60,788 nucleotides of DNA. Source: a virus (Duplodnaviria > Caudoviricetes). Shown here in pieces: positions 29,256 through 37,455 of this stretch (position 1 is its first letter; each line of letters begins with the position of its first letter). Both the position numbers and the translations under genes were made by a program. The notes under the pieces were generated by a model. That model was not told the DNA's origin, did not search any database, and worked only from the letters and a program-made list of their open reading frames with translations. Where the stretch lies: the IMG/VR virus record IMGVR_UViG_3300037070_008166, positions 1 to 60,788 of that record; one strand, given 5' to 3'.

Positions 29256-30118
29256 AAAAACTTCTAACGATCCTTTTTCTTCTCGTTGCCTCCGTTGTCG
29301 AGGCGCAAGTTCGCGACGGAACGAGCTTCCGTCTCGTTCCCTCGAACAAGGCGATGGTCGCGTGCACGGATCCGACTTCGGGCGGGGGCCAGGCAGCTGT
29401 CACCGGAACGATCTGTCTGGGTACGGCTGGCATCTATCGGAAGTTCAGCACCGGAGCGACTGATTGGATCTTGATTGCAACTGGAGGAATTACCATTCCG
29501 ACGGGAACGAGTGGTGGAGTGCCATATTACAGCAGCACAACGACCATCGGTTCGAGCGCCCTGCTCATCGCGAACTTGCCGATGTTCGGCGGTGGCGCGG
29601 GCGCCACGCCATTCACGGGAACTCGAACGGGTAACACAACAGAACTCGCGTCTTGGACCGGGGCAAAGACTTCCGGTGATTGCGTTCAAATCAACGCGAG
29701 CGGCAACTTGGAAGTTTCTGGCAGTTCATGTGGCGGCGGTTCTGCTACAAACTATCATATCGCAGCGCAGATCGGAGATGGCGTCAACGTCATCTCGACC
29801 GGTTGGCAAGGATGTTCGTTCGTGCCTCACACTGGCACGATTACAAGTGTAACGCTCGCGTCGACCGATGCGGCAAGTCCTACGTCTGGTTCGATTGTGG
29901 TTGATTTGTGGAAGGATAGTTACGCGAACTTTCCACCAGATAACGGCGATTCGATCACAAGCGCGACGCCACCAACAATTTCTTCGACCATCAAGAGTCA
30001 AGATACGACATTGTCAAGTTGGGGAACGTCGTTGTCGGCGGGTGACTTTGTCTGCTACAACGTGGACTCAGTGACGACCTTTACGAAGGTGAATCTGTGG
30101 ATCAGGATCAACCCATGA
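29252..30118 (+). CDS. Gly/Ser/Thr-rich fibre-like protein with predicted signal peptide
   Basis: MKKLLTILFLLVASVVEA|Q; C-terminal 'GSIVVDLWKD', 'SAGD....NVDSV' domain typical of phage tail proteins. Confidence 0.6.
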   Translation: MKKLLTILFLLVASVVEAQVRDGTSFRLVPSNKAMVACTDPTSGGGQAAVTGTICLGTAGIYRKFSTGATDWILIATGGITIPTGTSGGVPYYSSTTTIGSSALLIANLPMFGGGAGATPFTGTRTGNTTELASWTGAKTSGDCVQINASGNLEVSGSSCGGGSATNYHIAAQIGDGVNVISTGWQGCSFVPHTGTITSVTLASTDAASPTSGSIVVDLWKDSYANFPPDNGDSITSATPPTISSTIKSQDTTLSSWGTSLSAGDFVCYNVDSVTTFTKVNLWIRINP

Positions 30119-31278
30119 ATAAATTGCTCGGTGCTTTTGTCGCTTTTTTCCTTGGCGCGTCGATATGTCACGCGCAGAGTGTCACGTCTATTCCGGCTTT
30201 TGACTTTGTTATTCCTCACGGCGGAGAGCATGGCGCAAACGGTTTCACGTTGAACGCTGCGAACGAAAATGGTCAAGTCGTCGGCACAATCTTCATGCAA
30301 GGTGGGAGTGGCACCAAGACGATTTCCGCAGGAGGTGGTGGAAGTATCTTTATATGGGCCGGATCTTCGACATGGGCAACCGCCTCGAGTGAACTTCGTG
30401 TTGGTATCGAGGATCTTAGTTCTGCGGGAATAGGAGATACCACCCAGGATGTGTATGGTGCTAAGATTGCCGGAACTGACTCAATCGTTGCACCACACCT
30501 AATTAACTGGGACATGACAAGCGGTACGAAGACTCTCACGCACGGCGATCCTATCGCTATATCAACACGTATGCCTGTCCGCGCTGGGGCAGACAGTGTG
30601 GCGTTCGGAACGTGGACGTGGACTCCAGGTTACGCAGGAACTGGTCGTCCCTACGGCGTAGCCAACAGTGCTAAGACGTCGGAAATGCTCTACGCAGTTA
30701 TTAAGTTTGATGACGGCACGTATGGTTGGATTCAAGGCGCTCAGAATATCCAAGCGCCGGCAGCGACCGTCACATATGGGAACGCATCTACGCCAGACGA
30801 ATACATCGCTACATTCACGGTCTCCGTTCCCATCCAAATCTCTCGGATCGGGCAGCCGATAGATGATGCCGCCGCCGCGGATCTGTATGACTTAAATTTG
30901 TTCACTGACCCTTACGGAACGCCGACTGCGGTCCGGACAGTAAACGTGGACCCAGATGCCTTTACCAATGAGGGCGCGACCCCGATGTTCATCTTTACTG
31001 ACATTGCGGTTTACACACTAATTCCTGGCGTGACGTATGGGATCGGTCAACGACCGTCGACCGCGAACACAATCACGATGGGCTACATCAACGTTGAGAC
31101 AGGATTTGAGGGTCTTAAGGCCACGCTTCCTTTGGTAGAGAATGTGAAGCTCGCATCACGTTCAGACCAAACTGGAGCGTTTGTAGAAACACAGGTCTAT
31201 CACATTCCGTACTTCGGATTTACCATTGTCGGTTTGGGATCTAGTGGCAGTGGTGGCGCCAGATCATTTACGTTCTAA
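30115..31278 (+). CDS. beta-rich protein with predicted signal peptide
   Basis: MNKLLGAFVAFFLGASICHA|Q; lower GC than flanks. Confidence 0.6.
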   Translation: MNKLLGAFVAFFLGASICHAQSVTSIPAFDFVIPHGGEHGANGFTLNAANENGQVVGTIFMQGGSGTKTISAGGGGSIFIWAGSSTWATASSELRVGIEDLSSAGIGDTTQDVYGAKIAGTDSIVAPHLINWDMTSGTKTLTHGDPIAISTRMPVRAGADSVAFGTWTWTPGYAGTGRPYGVANSAKTSEMLYAVIKFDDGTYGWIQGAQNIQAPAATVTYGNASTPDEYIATFTVSVPIQISRIGQPIDDAAAADLYDLNLFTDPYGTPTAVRTVNVDPDAFTNEGATPMFIFTDIAVYTLIPGVTYGIGQRPSTANTITMGYINVETGFEGLKATLPLVENVKLASRSDQTGAFVETQVYHIPYFGFTIVGLGSSGSGGARSFTF

Positions 31279-31544
31279 TGGACCTCACAACATTAACCAA
31301 AGCTACCGAGGTCATTTCACAAGGAGGATTTCTCCTCGTGCTGGTGGCCATGGTGTGGGCGGGTTACAAGCAGAAGTGGGTGTGGGGACACCAGCTCACG
31401 GACATGGAGGAAGACCGTGATTACTGGCGAGGACTCTATCACACGAAAGTTCAGGAGTTAGAAACAGACTATCGGAAACTGTTAGCAGCCGCGCTCGTGG
31501 CGCGGGAAAAGAACAAGGTGCGGCATGATGGCGAAGCTTCGTAG
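31278..31544 (+). CDS. holin-like single-TM protein
   Basis: N-terminal TM then coiled coil, upstream of endolysin. Confidence 0.5.
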   Translation: MDLTTLTKATEVISQGGFLLVLVAMVWAGYKQKWVWGHQLTDMEEDRDYWRGLYHTKVQELETDYRKLLAAALVAREKNKVRHDGEAS

Positions 31545-31692
31545 CTGGCTCAAAGTCCTCGGCTACCGTCGTCCATCGCGAGTTACCTCCCATGACTTGG
31601 CGTTGCGTGAGATAGCAGAACGGCGGGTCGATCGACTGCTGATCATGAAGAAACGAATTGAAGCATTGACTCCCCGGAGGGGACCTTGGTGA
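31525..31692 (+). CDS. small basic hypothetical protein
   Basis: Not in track; 55 aa bridging two lysis-region genes with overlaps at both ends. Confidence 0.4.
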   Translation: MMAKLRSWLKVLGYRRPSRVTSHDLALREIAERRVDRLLIMKKRIEALTPRRGPW

Positions 31693-32099
31693 ACCTAACC
31701 GTTTGGTCACTGATTTGGCTGCGAGCTGGTGTTGGCTTGTTCGCGTTTGGTCTCTGTGTTGTGCTCTTTCTACACATTCGTCGTGACCGAACTGCGATGT
31801 TACTCGCCGGGGAGAACGGCATGAAGGCTGAGATTCTTACTGGCGAAATGCGTGGATTACGTTCGGAGGGCAAATGGTTGTTGGCGATGGCCATCACTGC
31901 TTCCATTCGAGTCGTATCGGAGGTAGTTGGTTGGCTGCATGGAGAGACGTCGCCTCCGTGGGATGTCGGTGCCCTGCTTGGTACGATTGTCATTCTGGCG
32001 TTCACGATGGACTCCGTTTGGGTAATTGTCGCCAAGCGACGGGAACGACAGCGACTGTTCACTCTGGCAGCGGCAATTAGACGTGGAGGCGAGGTGTGA
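31686..32099 (+). CDS. multi-TM membrane protein (lysis region)
   Basis: Three hydrophobic segments. Confidence 0.6.
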   Translation: MVNLTVWSLIWLRAGVGLFAFGLCVVLFLHIRRDRTAMLLAGENGMKAEILTGEMRGLRSEGKWLLAMAITASIRVVSEVVGWLHGETSPPWDVGALLGTIVILAFTMDSVWVIVAKRRERQRLFTLAAAIRRGGEV

Positions 32100-32560
32100 G
32101 ACTGACATTATTCGACACGGCGATGCGATTCGCTGGTGATGTAAAAGAAATCACTGGCACGAAGCACGACCCGGCGATTATTTGGTTCCAGCGGTCGTGC
32201 GACGTGACTATCAACAACGATGAGGTCGCATGGTGCAGTGGCTTCCTCAATCGGATGGCATGGTTACACCGATTACCACGCTCCAAGAGTTTGGCTGCGC
32301 GGAGCTGGCTGATTGTTGGTGAACCGATTGCGTTGACCGAGGCGACTGCAGCCTGGGACATCGTGATACTGAAGCGTGGGAAAGGCCCGCAGCCCGGTCC
32401 CGACGTGCTCCAAGCACAGGGCCATGTGGGATTGTTCGCTCGACTCGACGGTCCTCTGGTGTATCTGCTGGCTGGCAATCAGTCGAACGCCGTGACCATT
32501 CAACCATTTCCAATCACCGACGTGCTTGGTGTGCGTCGACTTTTCAAGGAGACACTCTGA
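32096..32560 (+). CDS. endolysin, TIGR02594 family (NlpC/P60-CHAP-like Cys peptidase)
   Basis: 'DEVAWCSGF', 'SLAARSW', 'GHVGLF', 'LAGNQSNAV'. Confidence 0.85.
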   Translation: MRLTLFDTAMRFAGDVKEITGTKHDPAIIWFQRSCDVTINNDEVAWCSGFLNRMAWLHRLPRSKSLAARSWLIVGEPIALTEATAAWDIVILKRGKGPQPGPDVLQAQGHVGLFARLDGPLVYLLAGNQSNAVTIQPFPITDVLGVRRLFKETL

Positions 32561-33000
32561 TGTTTCGTCACACTCGTTCGTGGTTCATTCTCTTGGCGTT
32601 GTTCCTGTTCGTTGGGCTCACTCCCATTCTCTTTGCTCAGGCAGCTGATGCGGCGGGCGTTCCAGTCCCTGCCGACTCAGCAAACGAGTGGGGTGGTGCG
32701 TTGGTTTGGGCGTTCTTTTCATCTTCCACCCTGGAGTGGTTGAAACGCAATAAGACCCTGACCATCTTGACGGAGCAAACGGCGTGGTTCGCACAGCGTC
32801 TCATTGGTGTGGCGTTGGCAGTGGCTGCTGCCGTTGGTGTGCATTGGTCGTTTGATCCAGTGGCCGGTGAGCTCGTGGTGGGTGGGCTAATTTGGTCATC
32901 GGTTTGGACACTTGGCACCGAAGCGATTCGACAGTGGGTGCTTCAAGAACTGACCTATCGAACGGCGGTCCGTTCATATCACCCGCAAGCAACCACTTAG
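32560..33000 (+). CDS. holin-like membrane protein
   Basis: Signal-like N-terminus plus further hydrophobic segments, directly after endolysin. Confidence 0.55.
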   Translation: MFRHTRSWFILLALFLFVGLTPILFAQAADAAGVPVPADSANEWGGALVWAFFSSSTLEWLKRNKTLTILTEQTAWFAQRLIGVALAVAAAVGVHWSFDPVAGELVVGGLIWSSVWTLGTEAIRQWVLQELTYRTAVRSYHPQATT

Positions 33001-33024
33001 TCCTAGCTATTTCCATGCGGAGTG

Positions 33025-33033
33025 TGATATAAT
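33025..33033 (+). promoter_or_regulatory. extended -10 promoter element TGnTATAAT
   Basis: TGATATAAT ~20 nt upstream of the lipoprotein ATG; no clear -35. Confidence 0.5.
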
Positions 33034-33052
33034 GACTGGGGAGAATTTCACC

Positions 33053-33532
33053 ATGCGTAAATTGCTCGCAACGATTTCACTCGTTGCCATCATCGTTGGT
33101 TGCTCGTCACTTCCAGCCAAACAGGTGGCAGTTCAGAGCAATCGGGTCGCTGGCCAAACCATCTGGGCGTTGCAGGACGCGGAACGTCGTCTCTGCAATC
33201 CGGCATCGTTCGACAAGGACCCGCTGGTCCCCATCCGGGAGTGCGTCGGCCCAGTGGCGGAAGCGGCCAAATTGACGACCGAGAACCACCGGAAGTTCGC
33301 CGCCGTGCTCGAACGTGCTTACACGTTGCGTATTCGAGTGGACAAGGCTTTACTGTCCTGGCAACCAGGAGCCCCGGCTCCGGCTGAACTGCCTGGTCTT
33401 CGAGACGCGGCAGCGGAAGCCTTGCAACTGGCTCGAGCGCTGGCCCAGACGCCTCAGCAACAGCAACTCGTTGATCTCGCCACGACGGTGGTCAACGAGG
33501 TTCAGAAGATCATTAACGTCGTTCGGAGCTAG
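33053..33532 (+). CDS. lipoprotein (possible spanin or exclusion protein)
   Basis: MRKLLATISLVAIIVG|C lipobox; helical body. Confidence 0.7.
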   Translation: MRKLLATISLVAIIVGCSSLPAKQVAVQSNRVAGQTIWALQDAERRLCNPASFDKDPLVPIRECVGPVAEAAKLTTENHRKFAAVLERAYTLRIRVDKALLSWQPGAPAPAELPGLRDAAAEALQLARALAQTPQQQQLVDLATTVVNEVQKIINVVRS

Positions 33533-33541
33533 GAGATTTCC

Positions 33542-33781
33542 ATGGCTATTGACCTGATCAAACTTCAGGCAAACATCGGGGCATATTCGTCGATCGTGCA
33601 GATTGCACTGGCGACGGGAAAGTTGCTTGCACCGCACATTCGCGACTTCGTTGGCTGGCTGGCCCACAAGCGTGGGGAGGTGCTGTCGAACGAAGAGCTC
33701 GACGCGATCACGCAGGGTGTTCTCGAACAGGATACGATTCGTCACATGATTGCCGCGGCCGAAGCGGCCCCGGAAGCTTAA
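33542..33781 (+). CDS. small amphipathic hypothetical protein
   Basis: AGGAG RBS; 79 aa. Confidence 0.65.
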   Translation: MAIDLIKLQANIGAYSSIVQIALATGKLLAPHIRDFVGWLAHKRGEVLSNEELDAITQGVLEQDTIRHMIAAAEAAPEA

Positions 33782-33907
33782 GGATTTGCCTAGAAAACCG
33801 CTGTGGGACGTTGTGTCCGGACACCGGGTAGTTACGTCTAGCCGGAGTTCTGATAACGCCCCCAGCGGTCGCCTGGGCCGCCCAAATACGGACTGAGGAC
33901 GCGGACT

Positions 33908-35749
33908 ATGTCCACTTTCATGTCGTACTCGACGCTCGGGTCACTGGTGGCTGGTTTCCAGCCTCTTGCGGTCCGTGATCGTGGAATGGCATGGCGGGAC
34001 ATCACTGACAGCGACTGTAACACACCTGCATGGCTGAATGACACAGTCGTCATCTATCAACAGGGTGCGTATTCGAACGAGGGTCGTTCCGCGTATCTTG
34101 CCACCACAGATGGTCGTCGATTCAAACGCCAAGCGAGTCGGCTTTTCGCGGGCGGCAACCGATGGGTTGCCTCGCACGAAGCGCCGGACCCGGACGGTGT
34201 GAGTTCAGCGGTTCTCCATGATGGTGAAGGACGCACTCTTTGGGGTGATCGGAAATCGCCCACAGATCCTGTCGGTGGCCAGGCAGGCCCGAGTCGCATC
34301 TACTGGGGTGCGGGTCAGCATGGTGTCGGTCGTGATGGCACCCTCGCCTATTGCCCTCGTTACCATCAGGGCCGCGGAGTTATCATTGAGGATGCCGTCG
34401 GGAATCAACTGAATCGCACGGATGGCATTCCCGTGACGTCCTGTTCGGTCATTGACCGCAACGCGATTGGCGTGTTCTCTGCTGCCGACATCATGGGTCT
34501 CTGGTTCTGGAACGGTTCCACCTGGACGCGGTATCCGTTGGCGTTTCCTTGCTATGAAGGCCAGATTGTTCGGTGGAAATCAGACATCTACGTGCTGGAA
34601 GGCAGTGAGCAAATTGCTGTTCACAAGATTGATGATTCGACGAAAGGATGGGTCTTCGGGCTCTCCGGCAAAGGATACAACGCCGTTGGCTGGGAAGACG
34701 AGTCGAACGATCTCTATATCGCATGGTCTGAAAACGCGCCCGCCACGAAAGGAGCAGTCAAAGAAACCAAGCTAGTCGGTTCCGCGCAGCCGTGGCCCCT
34801 TCCTGTCTTCGAACCACCTCGTACCACACGTCAAATTTGGCGTGGCGTTGATGGTTCGAAGAGTGACGGTTCCGTGGTCACACAGCTTGGAAATTTCGCA
34901 TGGGGCCAGCCGGCAGACAAGCGTCTGGTCTTCGAAGGCATGCCGTGGGCGTCAGCCGTCACACAGAAGCTGTTGACTCTGTATCTCAGCACCGAAAACA
35001 CCCCACCCGTTGATTCGACAATCCAGGAAGCGAAGAAGCGGAGATGCGGAATCGCCGTCTACTGCGACGCGTTCCTGTGGACGTCGGCTGCAGAGAAGAT
35101 CGCGCAGAAGTGCCTCACGGAGAAGGTGCCTATCATTCGTGTGGTCCAAGCCTATCTCGTGGAAGACGAGAGTGCTGGTGCCGCGATCGCCCGCGTGAAA
35201 CGACAGGTGGACATTGTCAAAGGCAAGCCGGACAAGAGCGGAGTCGGCTTGATGCAACGAGCCGACCTTCCGTCATCAAAGACGAAGGAAGCCACACTGC
35301 GTGAGTTCACTCATCGTTGCGAGAACCTAATCACGGCGCAGTCGTCGATCGTGTTCCAGGCGATCTTCGGTGCACGACGACCCGGTGTCGTTGCCGCCGT
35401 GATGTCGTACCTGAATACCGCGATTTCCAACATGCGGACGGGTCTCCCGCCCGCGTTGCCTGGTTACAAGCCACCTCCACCCAAACCCGAACCACCGACG
35501 GAGCCTGATATGCCCTGTGTGATCGACGGATATTCGTACGAACGATGGGTCGAACTCGGCGCGAAGATCGATCGCCGATATCGCGAGGTCAACAAGTCCG
35601 CGGGTGGTCAGGGTGACCAGCCGCCAGCTGGCAGTGACGTCAACCACAACACGTGGCGCGTGCTGGCGGAGGGAATGTCCGAGGCCGAGATGCTGGCCCG
35701 CATTGATCCAGCATGGCAGCCGGGGATGAACCTCCCGGATTTCCAATAG
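33908..35749 (+). CDS. hypothetical multi-domain protein with Pro-rich linkers
   Basis: 613 aa; Trp/Gly-rich N-terminal half, alpha/beta middle, PPPPKPEPP linker. Confidence 0.65.
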   Translation: MSTFMSYSTLGSLVAGFQPLAVRDRGMAWRDITDSDCNTPAWLNDTVVIYQQGAYSNEGRSAYLATTDGRRFKRQASRLFAGGNRWVASHEAPDPDGVSSAVLHDGEGRTLWGDRKSPTDPVGGQAGPSRIYWGAGQHGVGRDGTLAYCPRYHQGRGVIIEDAVGNQLNRTDGIPVTSCSVIDRNAIGVFSAADIMGLWFWNGSTWTRYPLAFPCYEGQIVRWKSDIYVLEGSEQIAVHKIDDSTKGWVFGLSGKGYNAVGWEDESNDLYIAWSENAPATKGAVKETKLVGSAQPWPLPVFEPPRTTRQIWRGVDGSKSDGSVVTQLGNFAWGQPADKRLVFEGMPWASAVTQKLLTLYLSTENTPPVDSTIQEAKKRRCGIAVYCDAFLWTSAAEKIAQKCLTEKVPIIRVVQAYLVEDESAGAAIARVKRQVDIVKGKPDKSGVGLMQRADLPSSKTKEATLREFTHRCENLITAQSSIVFQAIFGARRPGVVAAVMSYLNTAISNMRTGLPPALPGYKPPPPKPEPPTEPDMPCVIDGYSYERWVELGAKIDRRYREVNKSAGGQGDQPPAGSDVNHNTWRVLAEGMSEAEMLARIDPAWQPGMNLPDFQ

Positions 35750-36678
35750 GGCCGGATGTTCCCGGAGGTCCGATACCTCCGGCCCTGATCAGTCCTTGGC
35801 TCCCGAGTGGTGATTGGCCCACCTGCTTGCCAGAAGACGTGGGTATGGATTCGGCCAAGCTGAACGCCATTCGAGAGTCCGTCGTCGGCTACGGCGTCGT
35901 GTCTCGTTATGGCAAGGTCTTCAAGACGTGGCTCGACCCGCACCGCAACTTCACCAGCTGGGCGTCATCCGCGCGAGCGGGCGTGTCCATGTCCACCTGG
36001 ATGCGCGACCTGACCCTTGGTCGAATCGGCAAAGGTCTGGCGAGTCTCGAGGAATCAGTTCGCAATTTGAATGGTCCAGCTGCGGCGGCATTGCCCGCCG
36101 AGCTGCTGTTGTGTCAGATGCTCGGTTACTGCAACGAGCATGGTCGTTGGCATTACAGTCAGTTCTGGCGAGTGGCCGACGACGTGTTCCGCGAGAATCA
36201 ACCGGATGGTCGCGAGATTCATCAGGTGTTCAACGATGAGATGCGCGGTGTCTTCCAGGGATGGACGGCGGTGGAGAACGACGAAGATGGCACGCCACGC
36301 TTCAACGGGACACCCTGGAACGCGATGCGCTGGGGCGCGTGGCTATTGGATGAACTCCGTGGCGTGAACCACTTCATTTCGTCGGACCTCATGCGCCGAG
36401 TCATCGGCGGCGGTCCGTTTGGAAATGGGACGGGCACGAATCAACCGAACGAGGGAATGCAAGTCCATCTCGTCATGAACGAGATGATGTGGGAGGATCC
36501 GCACGAACTGCGTGTGCCTGGCGTTCCCAATCATACGGCGATGGCTCGTGATGGCGGCGACGGCGGCACGTCGAATGGCACCATCATCGCCATTCCAGAG
36601 TACGGCATCGCGATGGCGCATCGAGGACCAGTCGATGCGTCTCACATACTGCCGCAATTGTGTGCGGCAGTCAACTGA
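35713..36678 (+). CDS. serine beta-lactamase/PBP-like hydrolase fold protein (divergent)
   Basis: 'PEDVGMDSAKLNAI', 'GVVSRYGKV..W', 'WASSAR' (SxxK-like with K>R), 'WHYS', 'MRWGAWLL', 'IIAIPEYGIAMA'. Confidence 0.6.
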   Translation: MAAGDEPPGFPIGPDVPGGPIPPALISPWLPSGDWPTCLPEDVGMDSAKLNAIRESVVGYGVVSRYGKVFKTWLDPHRNFTSWASSARAGVSMSTWMRDLTLGRIGKGLASLEESVRNLNGPAAAALPAELLLCQMLGYCNEHGRWHYSQFWRVADDVFRENQPDGREIHQVFNDEMRGVFQGWTAVENDEDGTPRFNGTPWNAMRWGAWLLDELRGVNHFISSDLMRRVIGGGPFGNGTGTNQPNEGMQVHLVMNEMMWEDPHELRVPGVPNHTAMARDGGDGGTSNGTIIAIPEYGIAMAHRGPVDASHILPQLCAAVN

Positions 36679-36688
36679 AGGAGAAGAT

Positions 36689-36952
36689 ATGGATAGCACA
36701 CAGCACGAAGAGGGACGCGTACACGTGTACGAGAAGATGAAGGCGGCTGGCGGGAGACCGGTCGCCGTGGCCGAGGCACTGCTCACCGGACTGGCGGACG
36801 GCTTGGAAAAGATGGTTGGCCAGACGATCACGCAGGAATTCGTCGACAAAGTTCGCTCGGACATCCCGGAGATGCTCGAAGGATTCGGCGGACCGAAAGT
36901 GCATGGTCGCTCGGAACCGCATCTGCCGCCTGGGCAGGTGAAGAAGCAGTAG
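36689..36952 (+). CDS. hypothetical protein
   Basis: AAGGAG RBS before ATG 36689. Confidence 0.6.
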   Translation: MDSTQHEEGRVHVYEKMKAAGGRPVAVAEALLTGLADGLEKMVGQTITQEFVDKVRSDIPEMLEGFGGPKVHGRSEPHLPPGQVKKQ

Positions 36953-36954
36953 GA

Positions 36955-37455
36955 ATGAAGCTCGCGGTGCAATTTGGCAATCGTCCGGCGTTCGTCATCG
37001 TGGACGGCGTCAGCGTGTACGTTGGGGGCCATGACGTGTGGCACATCGCACAGCGCAAGCTCCTTCGGGAGCGGGCGATTGCCGTGCACCCGGATTCGGG
37101 CGGGTCGCGGGACGCGTTTGGAAAAGCCCAAATCGCACGACGAGGATTTATGAACCGGGAGCGAGCGTGGTATGCGCATATTAGGATGACGCCACCTGGA
37201 TGTGCACCGAAAACTCGTTGGTGCATGCTGTCCAAACGAATTGTGCAGATACTCAGATGCAGCGATTCGACATTCAGTGGAATTTGTCTGGAACTGGAAT
37301 TGCACCGAAAGCACTCTCGAGTTCGGAATGTGGTCAACCGACTGCTTCGTCTCGGCGTCATTGAAACCTATTCCTTATCTTCACTGAGGCAGAAACGTGG
37401 CCGTGTGGCAACCACCCACTATCGACTTACGAAACTGGAGGAACAGGTGTCATGA
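36955..37455 (+). CDS. putative winged-helix DNA-binding protein
   Basis: C-terminal 'STFSGICLELELHRKHSRVRNVVNRLLRLGVIE...YRLT' wHTH-like pattern. Confidence 0.5.
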   Translation: MKLAVQFGNRPAFVIVDGVSVYVGGHDVWHIAQRKLLRERAIAVHPDSGGSRDAFGKAQIARRGFMNRERAWYAHIRMTPPGCAPKTRWCMLSKRIVQILRCSDSTFSGICLELELHRKHSRVRNVVNRLLRLGVIETYSLSSLRQKRGRVATTHYRLTKLEEQVS

